A DNA stretch of 63,776 bases, filler included, from Octopus bimaculoides (taxonomy: Eukaryota), in NCBI RefSeq assembly GCF_001194135.2. It is 6 parts of 6 records of this genome, joined end to end, with 100 filler letters (N's around TTAATTAATTAA, not from the genome) between each part and the next. Parts side by side here need not be neighbours in the genome. Positions count along the whole stretch, not along the records: positions 62,745 to 63,776 come from NW_026344365.1; 5 more parts are not named here. One strand, 5' to 3'. The notes beneath the pieces are model-generated. The model saw nothing but the letters and a program-made list of their open reading frames with translations. It did no database searches and was not told the DNA's origin. Shown in pieces: positions 63,200 through 63,776 of the stretch (positions are counted from its first letter, which is position 1; each line of letters begins with the position of its first letter). The position numbers and the translations under genes were made by a program.

Positions 63200-63776
63200 C
63201 ATTCAGCCCAAGGGTAACAAACTGGATTATATATACACCGTATTAAAGGTGGTAGAGGCCTTATACAGCTACAAAACTATTACAAAATAACCACCATAAG
63301 ATTACAGAAATACCTACTTTAGAAGCAAGGAAAACTAATACAAATAGCCACAAAACACGAACAAAACAAAAAAACTGTTTTCAGTTTTTTAAGGAAGCTG
63401 ACAAATACAAAAAAGAAGTCATAGTACCTAACAACTATGAAGAAGAAGAAACAACAAAAGCCGTGAAACAACTGATATCCTAATAAAACTAGAACAGCAA
63501 CGGATTATGATAAAACGATAGCACGAAAAGCTCGTTCATGGCAAATACTGGATTAAACTAAAAAAAAACGCGCGCGCACACACACACACGCACACACACA
63601 CACACACAGATAAAGCGAAATCCCAACAATAGCTGAGAAGCTCAGGATTCAAAGCAGAGACTGAAGGATTTTTAATTGCAGTATAAGATCAAAGCTTCCC
63701 CACCAGAAATTACAAAAAAACATGTGATGAAAAGAAATACAAGTAACTGCAGAATATGTGGAGATGGAGAAGAAAC
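63200..63776 (+). mobile_element. R4/Dong-like fragment, same family as 54195-55372, runs off the window
   Basis: LYIHRIKGGRGLIQL; aaaactgttttcag..aaatacaaaaa shared with the reverse complement of 54900-54965; GFKAETEGFLIAV*DQ..MKRNTSNCRICGDGEE. Confidence 0.85.

Overview
This is AT-rich eukaryotic DNA from a gapped draft assembly. It is almost certainly cephalopod (Octopus-like), inferred from the recurrent tRNA-derived SINE families and the very high microsatellite load. I cannot identify an intact, nameable protein-coding gene, tRNA, rRNA or CRISPR array, and most listed ORFs are microsatellite or N-gap artefacts. The window is dominated by transposons: (1) a Penelope-like element with a 5' inversion and inverted tails (25.5-27.4 kb); (2) a nested stack at 31.5-38.7 kb: an RTE LINE split by a 967-bp solo LTR (8-bp terminal inverted repeat, 4-bp target-site duplication (TSD)), then a non-autonomous Helitron with a RepHel fragment, a piggyBac-like MITE, and a hAT element with an 8-bp TSD that carries a ~650-bp foldback; (3) a BovB-like RTE with an internal RT deletion; (4) Tc1 and hAT-Tip100 fragments; (5) three R4/Dong-like fragments in or near (TAA)n arrays; (6) about 20 SINE copies. 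The most notable unannotated signal is a set of dispersed type I hammerhead-ribozyme motifs, several with palindromic stem III. The one at 45375-45438 is nearly intact, and a 279-bp-period duplication at 52 kb carries hammerhead half-motifs (retrozyme-like, speculative). There is also a spacerless 235-bp palindrome with a 10-bp TSD and a few low-confidence exon candidates.
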